Shown one piece after another: positions 39,184 to 52,800 of a stretch of DNA of 64,000 bases; position 1 is the stretch's first letter; every line of letters starts with the position of its first letter. Origin of the DNA: Geosiphon pyriformis uo1. Taxonomy: Eukaryota > Fungi > Glomeromycota. A program made the position numbers and the translations under genes. The stretch lies in assembly GCA_016748015.1 (NCBI GenBank), contig JAAOMT010000009.1, positions 390,459-454,458 of the forward strand, written 5' to 3'. The notes beneath the pieces were generated by a model, which worked only from the letters and a program-made list of their open reading frames with translations, did no database searches and had not been told where the DNA came from.

Positions 39184-40761
39184 GTTATTATTATGTAACA
39201 AGTTAACAAATTACAAACACAAATATTGAGGATTTGTTTATCGTTTTGTTTTTTAAGCCTTTAATTTGATAGTTTTTTCAAATTTTTTTTGGCTCAGTAT
39301 CTAAATGAAGTTCAATTGCTTATTCAAATACAGATTCAATTGGAAACAGGGTAATAATGATACTTGTAACTTTCAAAAAAAAAATTTTAAAGACTACCAA
39401 ATGAACGTTGGTTTTTTTGTTGTTTTTAGTTTTTGATGTATGTTCAAGATGCAGAGGTTTTTTTTTCATTAGTTTTCGTTAAAAATTAAAATTCTTGATT
39501 ATTTTTACTTTTGGTGTTATGATTACATTTTAGATTTATTTTAATTTTTTTAATAACGTTAACATGATTATACTTAATTATGCTTATTCTATATTCTATG
39601 TTCTATATTGATTTAAAAAATAGTGACTCTTTATTTGTATAAATCGATTTTATATAATTATTAGTCATATACTTAAATATAATAATAATCTTTTATGTCC
39701 TATGTTTTTATTTATTAATTAATCTAATTTTTTTTATGATTCTATAATTATTTTTTGTTGTTGTCTATTTTTATAAATTTTCGTTTTCAATCTTAACTTT
39801 TTTTTTAAATAAAGCTCAATTTAAAAAAAAATCTTAAAATAATATGAGAAAACAATAATATTGGTTATTTATAAAATTAAAATTTTATATAAAATTATTA
39901 TAAAAATGATTTAATCACACTGTAAAATTTTATTTAATCACACTGTAAAATGTTATAAAAAGATAATTTAATTACACTGGATAATCTTTTTTTATTATTA
40001 TTATTAATGAATACAAATGAATTTAATAAATGCTGTTTCAAAACTCAAAAAAAAAAAAAAAATTGTTTTTAATCAGTTTTTTGAAAATTAATTAAATAAT
40101 GACTTGTAAAAAAAATTATAATATTTTCAATAAATATTACTGAATTAAGAATATATTTTTACATGAAAAAATTATATGTCAAATATGCTAAATATAAATG
40201 ATTAATAAAAATTAAAAAAAAAAAAAAGATTTTTCTATATTTTGCCAAAAAAATGTGAAATAAACTAACTTTTTTTTTTAATTTTTTAATATTTAATTTA
40301 TCATAAAGTTTATTCTTAAAAATAAATTATATGTTGCATAAAATTTATTCAATTTTAAAAATAATGTTTTTAATTAATATAAAACTAATAAAATTATTTT
40401 TTTTAAAAAAAAAAAGGTAAATATTTATGGTTTTTTTAATCACCAATTTCATTAATTTAAACTTAATTATTATATTTTATTAAAATATCTTGACATATAT
40501 TTACTCTAATAAAGAAAAGTCACATACACCAAACCATTTTTACGACAAATAATTTTATTTGTTTGTCGTTAAATTATAGCCAACCAAATAATGTTATTAA
40601 CTTTTTAACTTAAATTTCATGTTTATACAAAATTATAAAAGAACAAAATTATCATGAGTATCTTTTTTTTTTGCTAAACAGATTGATAAAAGATCAACAA
40701 AAGATTTTTTTTTTCTTAGAATAATGAAAATTCCGATCTCTTTTAAATTTTGATTTACAAA

Positions 40762-41538
40762 ATGAATTTCAGTGGAAATTTATTTTATTCTTTACTTTTT
40801 ATTATACCAGTATTCCAGAGCTTAGGTTATTGTTGCGACCTTTTGCAGGACAGATATAGTTCTCACGAGATTCAGTTGAAAAATTCTCTTCATATATCAA
40901 TTAATGTGCCTACAAATATTCCATTAAATGTTCGAGAATATTGGATGAAGCAAGGTATCATTCAAATTTCCATTATACGTTCAATCAACCCACTCGATCT
41001 CATAATCATCTACAGTATTTTAAATTATTCAGCTGTAGACCATCTAAATCGTCACTTGGGTCCACGTGGAAAGTTCCCATTCGCAAGCGTGATCGTGAAC
41101 CATACCTTAACCTCTCGAAAAAACCAATATGGAACTCCAATTTGCTATGGCTACAACAAAGTTTCCAATGACTATGATCCAACAGCACATGGTGAAATTG
41201 TCGCCATTCGGAATTGCACTAGTCTTACCAAAAATATGAACGCCGTTAGTGGTTTATCATTGTATACTACCGCTGAGCCGTGCCCGATGTGTACATCGGC
41301 TATTATTTGGAGTGATATTGGAGAAATTATTTTCGGGACGAGTATTAGACAGTTGATTAAATATAATTGGGCACAGATTGACATTTCTGCTAAGGAGTTT
41401 TTAAAAATTCCACTGGTGAATAAGGAAAAAAGAACCAAAATTATTGGTGGAGTTTTGAAGAATGAGACGGATACGTTGTTTGAATGGCAGTTTACCAAAA
41501 AGAAAGTGGTGGATGAGGTATGTTCTGTGAAGTATTGA
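40762..41538 (+). CDS. Zinc-dependent nucleobase/nucleoside deaminase (CDA fold, guanine-deaminase-like) with predicted signal peptide
   Basis: DPTAHGEIVAIRN and LYTTAEPCPMC (HxE...PCxxC). A 78-nt GT-AG intron at 40955-41032 restores WMKQ|AVDHL. Confidence 0.9.
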   Translation: MNFSGNLFYSLLFIIPVFQSLGYCCDLLQDRYSSHEIQLKNSLHISINVPTNIPLNVREYWMKQGIIQISIIRSINPLDLIIIYSILNYSAVDHLNRHLGPRGKFPFASVIVNHTLTSRKNQYGTPICYGYNKVSNDYDPTAHGEIVAIRNCTSLTKNMNAVSGLSLYTTAEPCPMCTSAIIWSDIGEIIFGTSIRQLIKYNWAQIDISAKEFLKIPLVNKEKRTKIIGGVLKNETDTLFEWQFTKKKVVDEVCSVKY

Positions 41539-41851
41539 AATAACATAGCAATCCATCTAATTTAAGATTTCTCATTTGAAACCAAAGTCAAACAACTTAC
41601 CCATTCCCGAATATTGCTTAGTAAATAAATTATTTTCAATTTTTCCTAAATTTTTTTTCTAGTGGTAATTTTGCAAAAATCTTCACTTTAAAATATCTAT
41701 TAACACAAAATATAATTACAAAGAGAAATATAAAATATATATTTTATAAAATATCCCAATTTTGTTTGATTTTTTAAAAGTGAAATGCCTTGAAACTTGA
41801 GTCTCTTTATTCAAGGTTTTATCCACTCAATCCATCAAAGCTAGATGTTAT

Positions 41852-43001
41852 TTAACGGATCCAGCCTACTTCTTTGAAGAATTCCCAAAGCTTACACGCT
41901 TTGTTCACATCAATCCTCACAGTCTTTTGTGCATCAACCTTTCGAAATGGTAAACCAGCTTCGCAATATTCCTTAGCAGCAGACAGGATTGCCAATTTGG
42001 CATTAAGATACTGTAGGGGAGTCATTCGTAATATTGAAGCTGCTTTAGCCTCGAGTCGATGCAATAAGTTTACGTGTGGCTGGCCTTTGAGATTAGCTGG
42101 ATAACCTTTCCAAGTTATTTTAGGCTTTTTAATAATATCTAGCATCTTTTTATCCAAATATAAGTCCCCAAGAGCATCAGTTAATTCCATAATCGACATA
42201 GAAGGTGGTGGTGGTTTAGTCTTGTCTACTACGGTTTCAAAGAAAGAACCTTCTCGTGAAGACTTGGTTCGCCTAAAAGGGAGATTGGACTCCCAAAGTA
42301 ATCGTGGGTTCTTTGTGTAGATATCAAAGACATTACAGGTAAAGCTAATACTATCATTCTCAAAATCCTCTTTAGCATATGATTTTTGAGGATTTGGATT
42401 TTTACGAGGTGGTTTCCGACGTGCAGGATTACTTCCCTCCGATTTTATGATAGGAATAGAGCTAGAGGATTCAGCCAATAGATTTAAAGAAGCTTGGGAC
42501 ATTTTCTCAGTATTGATTGAAGCCTGTTCTGCTAAACGCAAAAGATCCTCAGGAGCCTCAGAAAGTTTCCAACGAAATTTCGGTTTTTGTGATATTTGTA
42601 TGGGAGTAATATTTTTTTCGTGAGTAATTTCTGGGGATGACTCGACAATCTTTTCACTTATATAACCCCCTTCAATAATTTGCGAGTGTTCTGGTGACCC
42701 GTCCGTCTCATCTTCACTTGGTGATGGTGTATATTCATGTGGGTCCCTTCGATGTTTAGACGACAAAGAATCACGTGGCATAGCGAGTAATGCATCCATA
42801 AAAATTTCCTCTGGTAATGAAGGTGACTCTTGGTCAATAGAGGACTCAGGTGTCAAAGTACCACTTGACGAGGAAGCAGAAAAAAGGCTTTTTTCTTATC
42901 AAATAAATATGAAGCTCAATTTAGAATTTCTTAAAAATATGCCAGGGCAGTGTTTATTGAAAAAATAATCAATACGAACCTTGAGAGTAGTTTTCTGTCA
43001 T
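41852..43001 (-). CDS. SWIRM-domain protein (Fun19/YOR338W-like)
   Basis: WKG..P..LLHRLEAKAASILRMTPLQYL..K..FRKVDAQK..RIDVNKACKLWEFFKEVGW. Short first exon from ATG 43001. Confidence 0.88.
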
Positions 43002-44031
43002 ATTTATTTGTAATAAATATATTCAGCAAGGGTGAATTTTTTGAAGCGGAAGAGTCAAAGATAACTTACACAGGAATATTATGTTGATTTATATTATACC
43101 AGAGTAAATTTATCTTTTCATAATCAGCTTTATGATCCCCTTGATGATATTATCTTTTGTCATCCAATACAAGGAAATTTGTTCTTTATCAGAATAGAGA
43201 ATTAGTATCGTGTGAATACCGAAAATTCATTATGTCTTTAGGCGTGAAGAGGGCACAAAAAGTTTTAATGCAGCATTAAATATAAAGTTTTTTAGCGAGG
43301 AATTGCCTCGTAAATAGACAAAAAAATTTCCCGTATCAAATTTTGATACTATAATAATTTAAAACCTAAAAACCTTTAAAGTGCACGAAAATAAGATTTG
43401 AAAATAGGTTTTGCTTCTCTTAAATCTAAAATCTCAAAAAGGTTTTCAAGAATGGATTTCAAAATGAACTCCTTTTGCGTGCAGCTCCTGGTTTATTTTA
43501 AAAAATCTTGCGACATCTTTGAGTAAATGTTATTTCCTCCATTGGGCTACAAGATATTTTCTTTGCCCAATTTTAAAGAATAATTGAATTCAAAATTATT
43601 TTTGTGTATCATCACTCTGTATTGAATTTTAAATCACGTTATGAATGATATGTAACATTAGGGAAACATTTTACTTTGTAACTACACGATTGTATTTTAA
43701 GTCTCAATTATTAATGCACTGGACAAAATATTTTCTTTGTTCAAGATTTCGGATTTCCCAACTACATTGTGATACACTAATTTCATAAGACACCAAATTA
43801 GTGAATGAAAAAAATTCAAATTCTGACAAATTATTTGTTTATGGGTTAGTTGATTAGATGCATTGATTCCCGAATTCGCATTTAATAATTGAAACTTGCA
43901 AATTTAAAATGATTTTTCTTGTTGAGTTTCTCCAAATCAGATACCATCTAAATTTATATCGTTCATCCAATATTGACTATAAGTCTTTAATAACTAGTTA
44001 GCTATGTTTAAAATATATTTTAAGGTTATCT

Positions 44032-47000
44032 TCAAGCCCAGATGGACTGAAATTTTGCTTCAAATTCCTCCCTTACAAGTTTAAATCCTTTCAAGACATT
44101 CTCATCGACACCATCCAAGGTATTCAGTGATACACAAATTGCGTTCAAGATGTATGAAAAATCTTTCAAAAATTTCCAAATTTCGCCACCTCTGATCCCG
44201 TTTGCCTCGATCAGTGCCTTTTGCTGGCCATGTAAGAAAAAATCAAAAAGATACGCGTTAAGGTAACGGTCAGTATCTATAAAGGGGACACTACGAGCTT
44301 CCAGGAAAATAGAACTACGCAAATGAGAGGTCAGATCATAAATGTTCCTAAACAGATCCCCTTGGCCACTGCAAATTGCCATAAATGAGGAGCGAGCGAC
44401 ATAGGGAACACATGTGGACTTAAGTTGACTTAATAATTCCCCATTGAGATCGATATATTCAAAAGGAAATCGCATATTTGATAACGGGAGTTTATCGTCT
44501 AATTCGATGATATTCTGAGCAAAAGTAATCACATATGTGGAATAAATCTTGATGACTCGATCATTATGCATATCCAAGATTTGCTGTACTGACGTTGGAA
44601 TTGGATCAAGCACAATTCTTGAAGGATATTTTTTTCTTAATGTTGAAATCCATGCTTTCCCTAGACGTCGTATTGGGATAATATTAAAAAGATTCGAGAG
44701 TACAAGCATAAGCATGTCCATCACGTCTTTTGAGTTCGTTTCCACGTCTCTGCATATTTTGTGCCATACTCCGTGCTTGTAAAGAACGACAAAGGCAAAG
44801 TTACTAGGCTCAGTATAATGTAAATGAGTGACTGCCCCAGCCAAGTTCAGCAATTGGCCGTTTTTATCGAGCAAATTCTCTCGCATTAAATATTGAATAG
44901 AAAAAATAAGATGGTGTTTAATCTGATCTGAGAGATGTTCCCGACCTAAACAGAAAAATGTCTGTCCAAGTAACCCTTTAATTGCTTCCTCAGCATTGAT
45001 AAGATTCTTCGTCTGCGTAAGTAATAGAAAAGAACGAAGCGCTAAAGTTGTTGTCATAGGGAAGCTCCCATTAAGTTTAGGCAAATCGGAAATAAGCAGT
45101 CGTGAAATCTTAGTCCAAGTAAGCCCAAAAAATATAACATTTCCCACAAGATCGAAGCCTCGACGACCACTTCTTCCAGCCATTTGTCTGGAGAAAAACA
45201 ATAAAAGATACGATTAACAAACAATAAACAAGGTCTCAAACATCATAAATAGAGCCTGACAAATACTTGCCTATAATTAAGTGCCGTTAAAAAAACTGAA
45301 TCGCCACAAAAGACGACAGTTTTACATGGCATATTTATACCTAAGGAACAAAATGACGAAATTGTCAAGATTTAATAAATTCAACTTAAGAAACCTTAAA
45401 AATCAATCTGCATTACTTGAACTGTAAAACAGCATAAAATTAATCAAATACCTAACGCAAGCGTTCCAGTTGCTATTACAATACGAACATACTTTTGGCG
45501 GAATAAAATCTCGACTGCTTGAAGGTATTTTTTTGGCATGCCTCCATGATGTACGGCTATACCCCTTTCTAAGGCTCTCAAAAGGAAAATGTTATTTCCT
45601 TTCATTTGCTTTTGAGAATACTTTAGTAAAGCTTCCAATTCTTGTTTGGAGACATTGGATTGTATGTGGGCAAAAGTAAATCTTGGATCATGCTTCTCCC
45701 AATCAAAAATTTCTGGTGAATCTTCAGGAATAGAGGTTTCGTTGTCGTCCCAATTATCACTTTTGCCTCGACCTACTTTTTTCTTCCCTTCTGATCCCTT
45801 TTTTGTCATCTTTTCTTTTGCGTTCGTTCGAGCTATAGCCTCTCGCTTTCGTTTCTGGTAATCCATATCGTTCTCCCGTGTCTGGGTCTCATATAATTCT
45901 AATTTCTCAAGTATTTTTGATGCGAGGTGAATACACCCATGCCGATCAAAATGAAAAAAAATAGCCGGAAGTTTATTCTGACTGTTGAGCTCAGAGGCTA
46001 AGTGAATAATTGAGCATTCGAGAAAATTATTGTCATAAACATTGTGTTTGGCATCAAAATCTTTTTCCTGAATCGCGCTAGCTTCTAATTTTGAAAATTG
46101 TTCATTGATTGGAGATTTAAAATCGTTAATAATTTGTTTGACCGCTGGGATTGTTGAGTCTTCAATGGCCCAAAGTCGAAAATATTCCTTAATCTCCTTC
46201 TCATATTCGTTTGTGTCCGCCTTTCTAATTGGAATCATTTTTCGAAACCAATTATCTGGATTTAGTCGGTTCAGAATTTTACTCTCATTTTTTCCAGATA
46301 TTTGCCTCATTTTGTCGTATAAATTAAGACATTCATCTGGCAGAATCTTCATGTCTTTTGGGAATCCCTTCTTTCGCAACATAATTGGTGACAAGGCAGA
46401 ACATGGATGCACCCGAACAAAAGAATTGGCTACTTCTGGACCAACAGTGGTAAAAGTAGGAAATGGTAAGGAAGGAATATAAGCAAACTTCACTAGCTCC
46501 GAGTACCTCTTGTCAGTTTGTATTAGATGCATTTTTTTCCCTCTCAACTTTTGTGCCTTTTCGATCCAACTACTAAACTCTTCTGGATTACCAACTGTTG
46601 CAGAGAGTGCAAGGATTGGGCATTGAGCAACAAGCAAAAGATGTTCCCAAACAATTCCATTATCAGCTTCCCCTATCGAGTGAATTTCATCAAAGATAAT
46701 TCGCCGAATTTTTGGTACCCAGTCATCTGACCGAATTGGCGATAACATGAGGATTTCAAGCATCTCGGGCACAGTTATAAGAATTTGGCAACAATCGTGA
46801 TTTTCACGGTATTCACGAGTGTAAATTCCCCAATGTGACATTCCAGAATTTTCCGGGTAGTTTTTCTTGAATCTTCCGTAGACCTCAGCAGTAATCTGAT
46901 TGACAAGTGGTTTTGTAGGCGCCACATATACAATTATTCCTGGGAATTCCAAACGAAATAAGAACATCAAAGTTGGCAATTTAAAGTAAATTTGAAATTT

Positions 47001-49672
47001 ATTAATTTACATTTGAAACCGACCATCATCATCCTCTCTAAGAACCTGCTCCATTGCATAAAACGCTATGAATGTTTTGCCTGACGACGTCGGACAACAG
47101 ACTAAAGCGGATTCCTTTCGATCAATAACATTCAATACTTCCACCTGCCAATCGTCAGGTTTAAATGTTTTAACTCTTGAGTCATATACCGAGTTTGTAT
47201 CATGATCCATGGAGTGACCACCATATTTCAACTGAAAACGCGCATCTGACAGGTTAACCGAAAGTTTAATTGATTTCAAAGGAAACTGAAATGAATATGG
47301 AGTTGAAGAATTGCTATTGATGGTACGGAATTCCCGAATTTTCAATGCGGAATTTTCTAGGCCAAGTCGAACCAAAACCTAGTTTTTAATGAAAATATAT
47401 TATTATATATCGATAAATATCTTCAACGCTTGATATTTACCTCATCCAAAATTTCAACAACTTGGCTTGTTAAAATTTCTGAAAATTTGTAGAATATATT
47501 AAACACTTGACGATATATATCTATAGCCTTAGAAAAGTCTGGATTATTTCCATTTGTCTTCATTTCTTCGGCCCACAATTGAAGTTGTAACTGCAAATCT
47601 AAAAGCTGTGCGCCCATCATGGTTGGTGGATGCTTCAACTTCCCAGAGGATCTTATGAACTCTGATAGCCTATTTAATTTGCTTTTGGTAGTTTTTAGAG
47701 TTGAAATTTCTTGGTTAAACTTTTCCATATTTCTTCGAGACTCGGCTTCAGCATTCTCAAGTTCCTTTTTCTTTTTTTCATCACGGATGGCTTGTGCCTT
47801 TTCACTTACTTTGCTTGCTTTTCTAGCTTCTTTTTCTTTCTTTTTTGCCTGTTTTTCAATAACTTTTGTTTCTTTCATGAGGGTTTGGGGGCTCCTAGTT
47901 TCACTTGCGTTGCTTACTAATTTCTTCTTGGAAATACTCCGATCAGTTATGATGAGTTGATTATGCTTGCTCCCCAATGAATCACTGTATCTTTGCATGA
48001 AATATATGTACTTTTGGGTGCTTCTCTGTTTGAATTTACGAGCCGATGCTTCATCCCAAGGTTTGCCCTTAGAAAAGGCTTTCTTTTCCAAAGGTTTGAG
48101 AATGTGCCAATGATAAATTTCAAGAAATTTGAAGTTCCCTTCCAAACCATATAGTCCATAGTCAATATTTTCAACCTTTTCAGGTGCTTTCCTAAGATTC
48201 AGATTCATATCACCGAGATATTTATCAAAGAATGGAAATTGAAACGAGAGAAGGGAAATTTCATCTGTAGGATTGATTATTTGGGCCGCTGATTTAATGA
48301 TTGCCAATGGTTCTTTGATATCATCTGTACTTTGGGAGGACATGGAATTATACGATTGAGACAGGCTTTTAACCATGTTCAACATTAATTTAGCAATTCT
48401 TTCAACTTCTACCGGAAAAACAAGATCGCAATCGGATAAAGCGCAAAGAATTCCAAACAGTCTGGTATCAATGAAGTCACCTATGTTACATTCCAACTGC
48501 AATGAATTCACCACATGTCTCCAATCTTTACCTATCAACAAGTGAGCACATTCTTTGTAAAACTCTTCTAAGAAGCTGATAATTATGGGTGAAGTAGAAT
48601 TTAAGGCCTTTTGAGCGCGTAATTGAAGTGGTAGGTAATCCAAAAGCACGGCATGGTAAACAAAGATTTCGATGATTTTCTGAGGAAACTGCTGCTTTCG
48701 AACAATCGGGATCATTGAAAGAATTATGAAAAACATTCTTTGATTGCCCTTACGTAGCACTTGCTTATAGGATTCATTGGTCAATAACTTAGTAACAAGA
48801 TCCTCTGAGTCCAGGTTTGATGCATGGACTGAAAAATCCTTGCACCAAATTTCCAAAAACTTGGTCATTTCATCTACAAATCTTGGATTTTTAATCATAT
48901 TACCAATCCTGTCAAAAACAAAGGCAAAAACCCGAGAGTCTTGGAAACGTATGCTCGGAATCAAAGCAATCGATATGTCTTTCCTTATACAAAAGAACAT
49001 GAACGCCTGACAGAAGCAACCCAGCCTTACTGAGATATTTTTAATACTATTGGATAAAATTGTATCCTCTGTAAGTAACGATTCTGATGAATAAGAATTT
49101 TCTGTCGTTCCATCGCCCAACAAAACAAACAGTGGTTGCCATGCATCGAGATATTCCTGCCACTCTGTACCCCACCAATTATCAAATTGGAGCAGTTCAA
49201 TAAGCTTGGCTTTTTCCTTTAAATGCTCTATTATAGCGTGTCTAAGCACTAGGAGTTTTGAATTCTCAGCCCATATAACTTTATGTGCTTCGAAAAAGAC
49301 AAGGTTAAAGTTGCAGCTACGGTCCAACAGATTTTTAAGGAATGTCTCAAAAAGAAAAGTGAGCGCAAGGAATTGGCCACCACCCATTGGGTCAGTAACA
49401 TTGAGCCAGTGAGTTTTGGGATCCAAAAAGAAGCTAAATAACAAGCTATCTCCATCGATTATAAATAGCTCACGACCGCCAAAGTCACCCACAAGATCAA
49501 TATAACGAGGGTTTACGTTGCTGTACCATTTATTCAATCGATCACTAAAGGAATTTGCCTCTTGATCTTGCTCTGGCTCTTGCTGTTGCATATTGTAATA
49601 ACTCTGAAACACAGCTTCTTGTATTGGCTTTGGGCTTGCACTCGAGGGAATCTCCTTTGGTAGCCATAAATG
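44032..49672 (-). CDS. DDX60-like Ski2-family DExH RNA helicase with N-terminal PIN-like domain (at least 5 exons)
   Basis: [87 protein letters not shown] and LNAYLFDFF. The start is uncertain (in-frame ATG ~49591, or a missing upstream exon). Confidence 0.9.
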
Positions 49673-49849
49673 CTTAATAATACATACTATTAAATATAAG
49701 AATACCTGTTTTTTTCACATGCACGAATAGGTTTTAGTATAAAATATGTTTTTTCATTATGCTTTATGTTTTATGATAAACGCGAGTCATGTGTTTTCTA
49801 TATGTAATCAATCATTCAAACTGAGGTTTAAGCTATTTTATTTAATAGT

Positions 49850-52800
49850 TTACAAATTTTATAAAACTATTAAAGTAATTTATAAATTTTACAAAATCAT
49901 TAAATAATCTAAAATATTATTATTTATTAACAACTTATTATTTTATTTTATTTAAATAATGTATATTTTTTATTTTTTTATTTTTAACCAAGTTTTTTAT
50001 TAAACTAGCAAATAAACTGCCAAATTTTTTAATTTAAATTTTAAAAAAATATTATATTAAACTTGTTTTTAACAACCAAAAAAATAATATAATTATTAAA
50101 CAACTAATAATTCTATTAACTAAGTTAAATTTTGTATTTAAATCTAAATTAATTATTTAAACATATGTTAAAACAATATTAAATTAATAAATTTATTTTT
50201 TATAATAAATTTATTATTAATTTTTTTTTATTGCTTTATAAATACAACTCAATTATTATTTAATACAATACAACTGTTTAGAATTCTAAATTAAACATAA
50301 TTTACATATTTTCTATATATAATTAACCACTTAGCCAATTAAAACAATATTATACAATTATATTAACAAAAACATTACTATTAATACTAATAAAACACAA
50401 ATAATCAATCTTAAAACCAAAATTTAACAATTTAACTTTTTACTATTCTTAACAAATATGTTACTTTTTTTTAAAAAAAATTCAAAAACTTTTAAACAAA
50501 AATTGGTTTTAATTTAATATTAAAAAATAAATTACTTTTTTCTATTTTTGTTCAAAGTTTTAAATTAGATAACCAAATTTTATTTCTGTAATTACTGATT
50601 AAACTATGTATAAAATTCATTAAATAAGAAATGACCAACTTAATTTCTTTAAAAACAAATATGATCTTAGTTAACTAAAACTTAAACATAAAGTTTTTAC
50701 TAAAATTAAATATAAATTAATATTAAAAATATTAAAATACAAAAACTAAAAAACAAAAAATAATAACAATTATACAATAATTAAAGACATTTAAAGTTTA
50801 GAATAGTCAATTAACAAATTTTTATAAATAAAAAAATCTAAACTACAAACAAAATTATAATCAAAAAATTTTATTTTATCATAATATAAATATAGTAATA
50901 TTTATATAAAGTTTTTTTCTAATTATAATAAACAATCTTTTGCATAAAACTTTTATTATATATGTATACAAACTTATTATAAAGTTGTTAATATATTTAA
51001 TAATTATATGTAAATTAGAATATCAAATTAAAACAGTAATCTTTTATTTAATATTATTAATATATAAAAAATTTATAACATTAATTCTAAAATCTACTTT
51101 TTATAAAATATATTAAACTATATTGTTTATTAATCCAATAAAGATATATATATTTTTAAAAATAATTTTATTATTACAACTACAATTTTTTTTTAAATAT
51201 TAACTAATAATATTATATTAAAAAAAAGTTTAATCTGTTAATATATTAATATACTTATTATTTAAAATATTAAAATATTTTTTTATTTTTAATTATTTTA
51301 CAAAAATATTCTTATTATAAATAATATTAACAATATAATAATATTTTATTCAATATTTATTATAAAAATTTGATATAACTATTTTCAATTTAGCTTAATA
51401 AATATTTAAAGTAATTTGACTATTTATATAAATTATAATACTAGTAAATATTATAACATAAAATAAACTAAATTTTTGAATAATTTATTTACAAAAATTG
51501 TAATCTTAAACAAATAAATATTTCTTAAATCAAAATATATTTTTCAAATTTAATATATTTATTTTGAATAACAAACTAGATATTTATAAACAATTTTTAG
51601 TTAGATTATTAACAATAATAAATATTTATTATTATTAAGTATTTTTTTATTTTTAAGTTTAATTCTTAAAAAAAATTTTGGTTTTATTAAAATTAATTGA
51701 TATATTTTTACAATATTAATAAAAATTTTTTTTTTTCTATGTTCAAAATTTCCCAAAGTATTTTTTTTCAAAAAAAAGGTTTTTTATAGTCTAGTTAAAA
51801 GTTTTTGTTGATAATATCAAGCATTTTAATAATAAAAAAATATTTTTTAGGTCAAATTTGGTTTTGAAAATAGTATTTATTCAGATATAAATAATAAGTT
51901 TAGTAATAATAAAAGTGATAATATTTTAATAAATGCTAATAATAGTTTTTTTTTGGTTCAACAATAATAACTTTTAAAACTAAAAAAGTTAATACTAGTT
52001 TAAAGTATAATTTTTTTATTGATTTAATTAACTATGATATAAATAAAAATAAAAAACTCTTTTTTTTTTTTAATATTTCTTTAAACAAAAAATAGATTGA
52101 TCTTAAAATAATGAAAACTTAAGTTAAAATAACTATTAAAAATTTTTTTGCTTTGAATATCAATTTATTAACAATTAAAAATAAATTAACAATAACAAAA
52201 ATACAGATCATTAAAAAAATTTTCTCAAAAATAAATGATTTTGAGAGAATTATTACTTTTTTAATATTTAAAAAGATTATTAAATTTAAATTTACATCTG
52301 AAAAAAATATAAAACAAGCAATTTTATTAACAAATAATAACAAAATTATAGTAAATAGTAATAATAAAAAATAAAAAATTTATATAAATATGTTTAAAAA
52401 AAAGATTATCTTAACTTTATTTAAATTTGGCTAAATTGTATTAATCTAATTATAACTTATTAATTTATGACAAAAAATTATAATAGAATTTACTAAATTA
52501 AATCAGATAAATAATTTTATAGTAAAATAATATGTTTTAATTAAAAAAGACATAGTATATATAACCAAAACTATTTTAAATCAAATTATTTAAATATTCA
52601 AATATTAATTTAAATTATTATTATTTATTTTGCTTATAAAAACTATAGTTTATAATTTAAGTAATTTATTAAATAGAATAGATAAAAAACCTTGTGTAAT
52701 TAATTAGTTTTGGTCATTAATTCTATGTTATACTATGTAACAATAAGTTTTAAATTAGAAAAAAAACTCGAAATATGCTTTTTATATTATTTTAATCTTT

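Noticed and set aside
39909-39954. 23-bp direct duplication ATTTAATCACACTGTAAAAT
   Set aside because: Real, but most simply a local slippage within an AT-rich relic, with no evidence of function.
40762-49672. Deaminase, SWIRM and DDX60 as a clustered defence system causing the adjacent hypermutation
   Set aside because: The deaminase has a signal peptide and looks like a free-base enzyme rather than APOBEC-like. Adjacency alone is weak evidence in a eukaryote, and conserved synteny would be needed.
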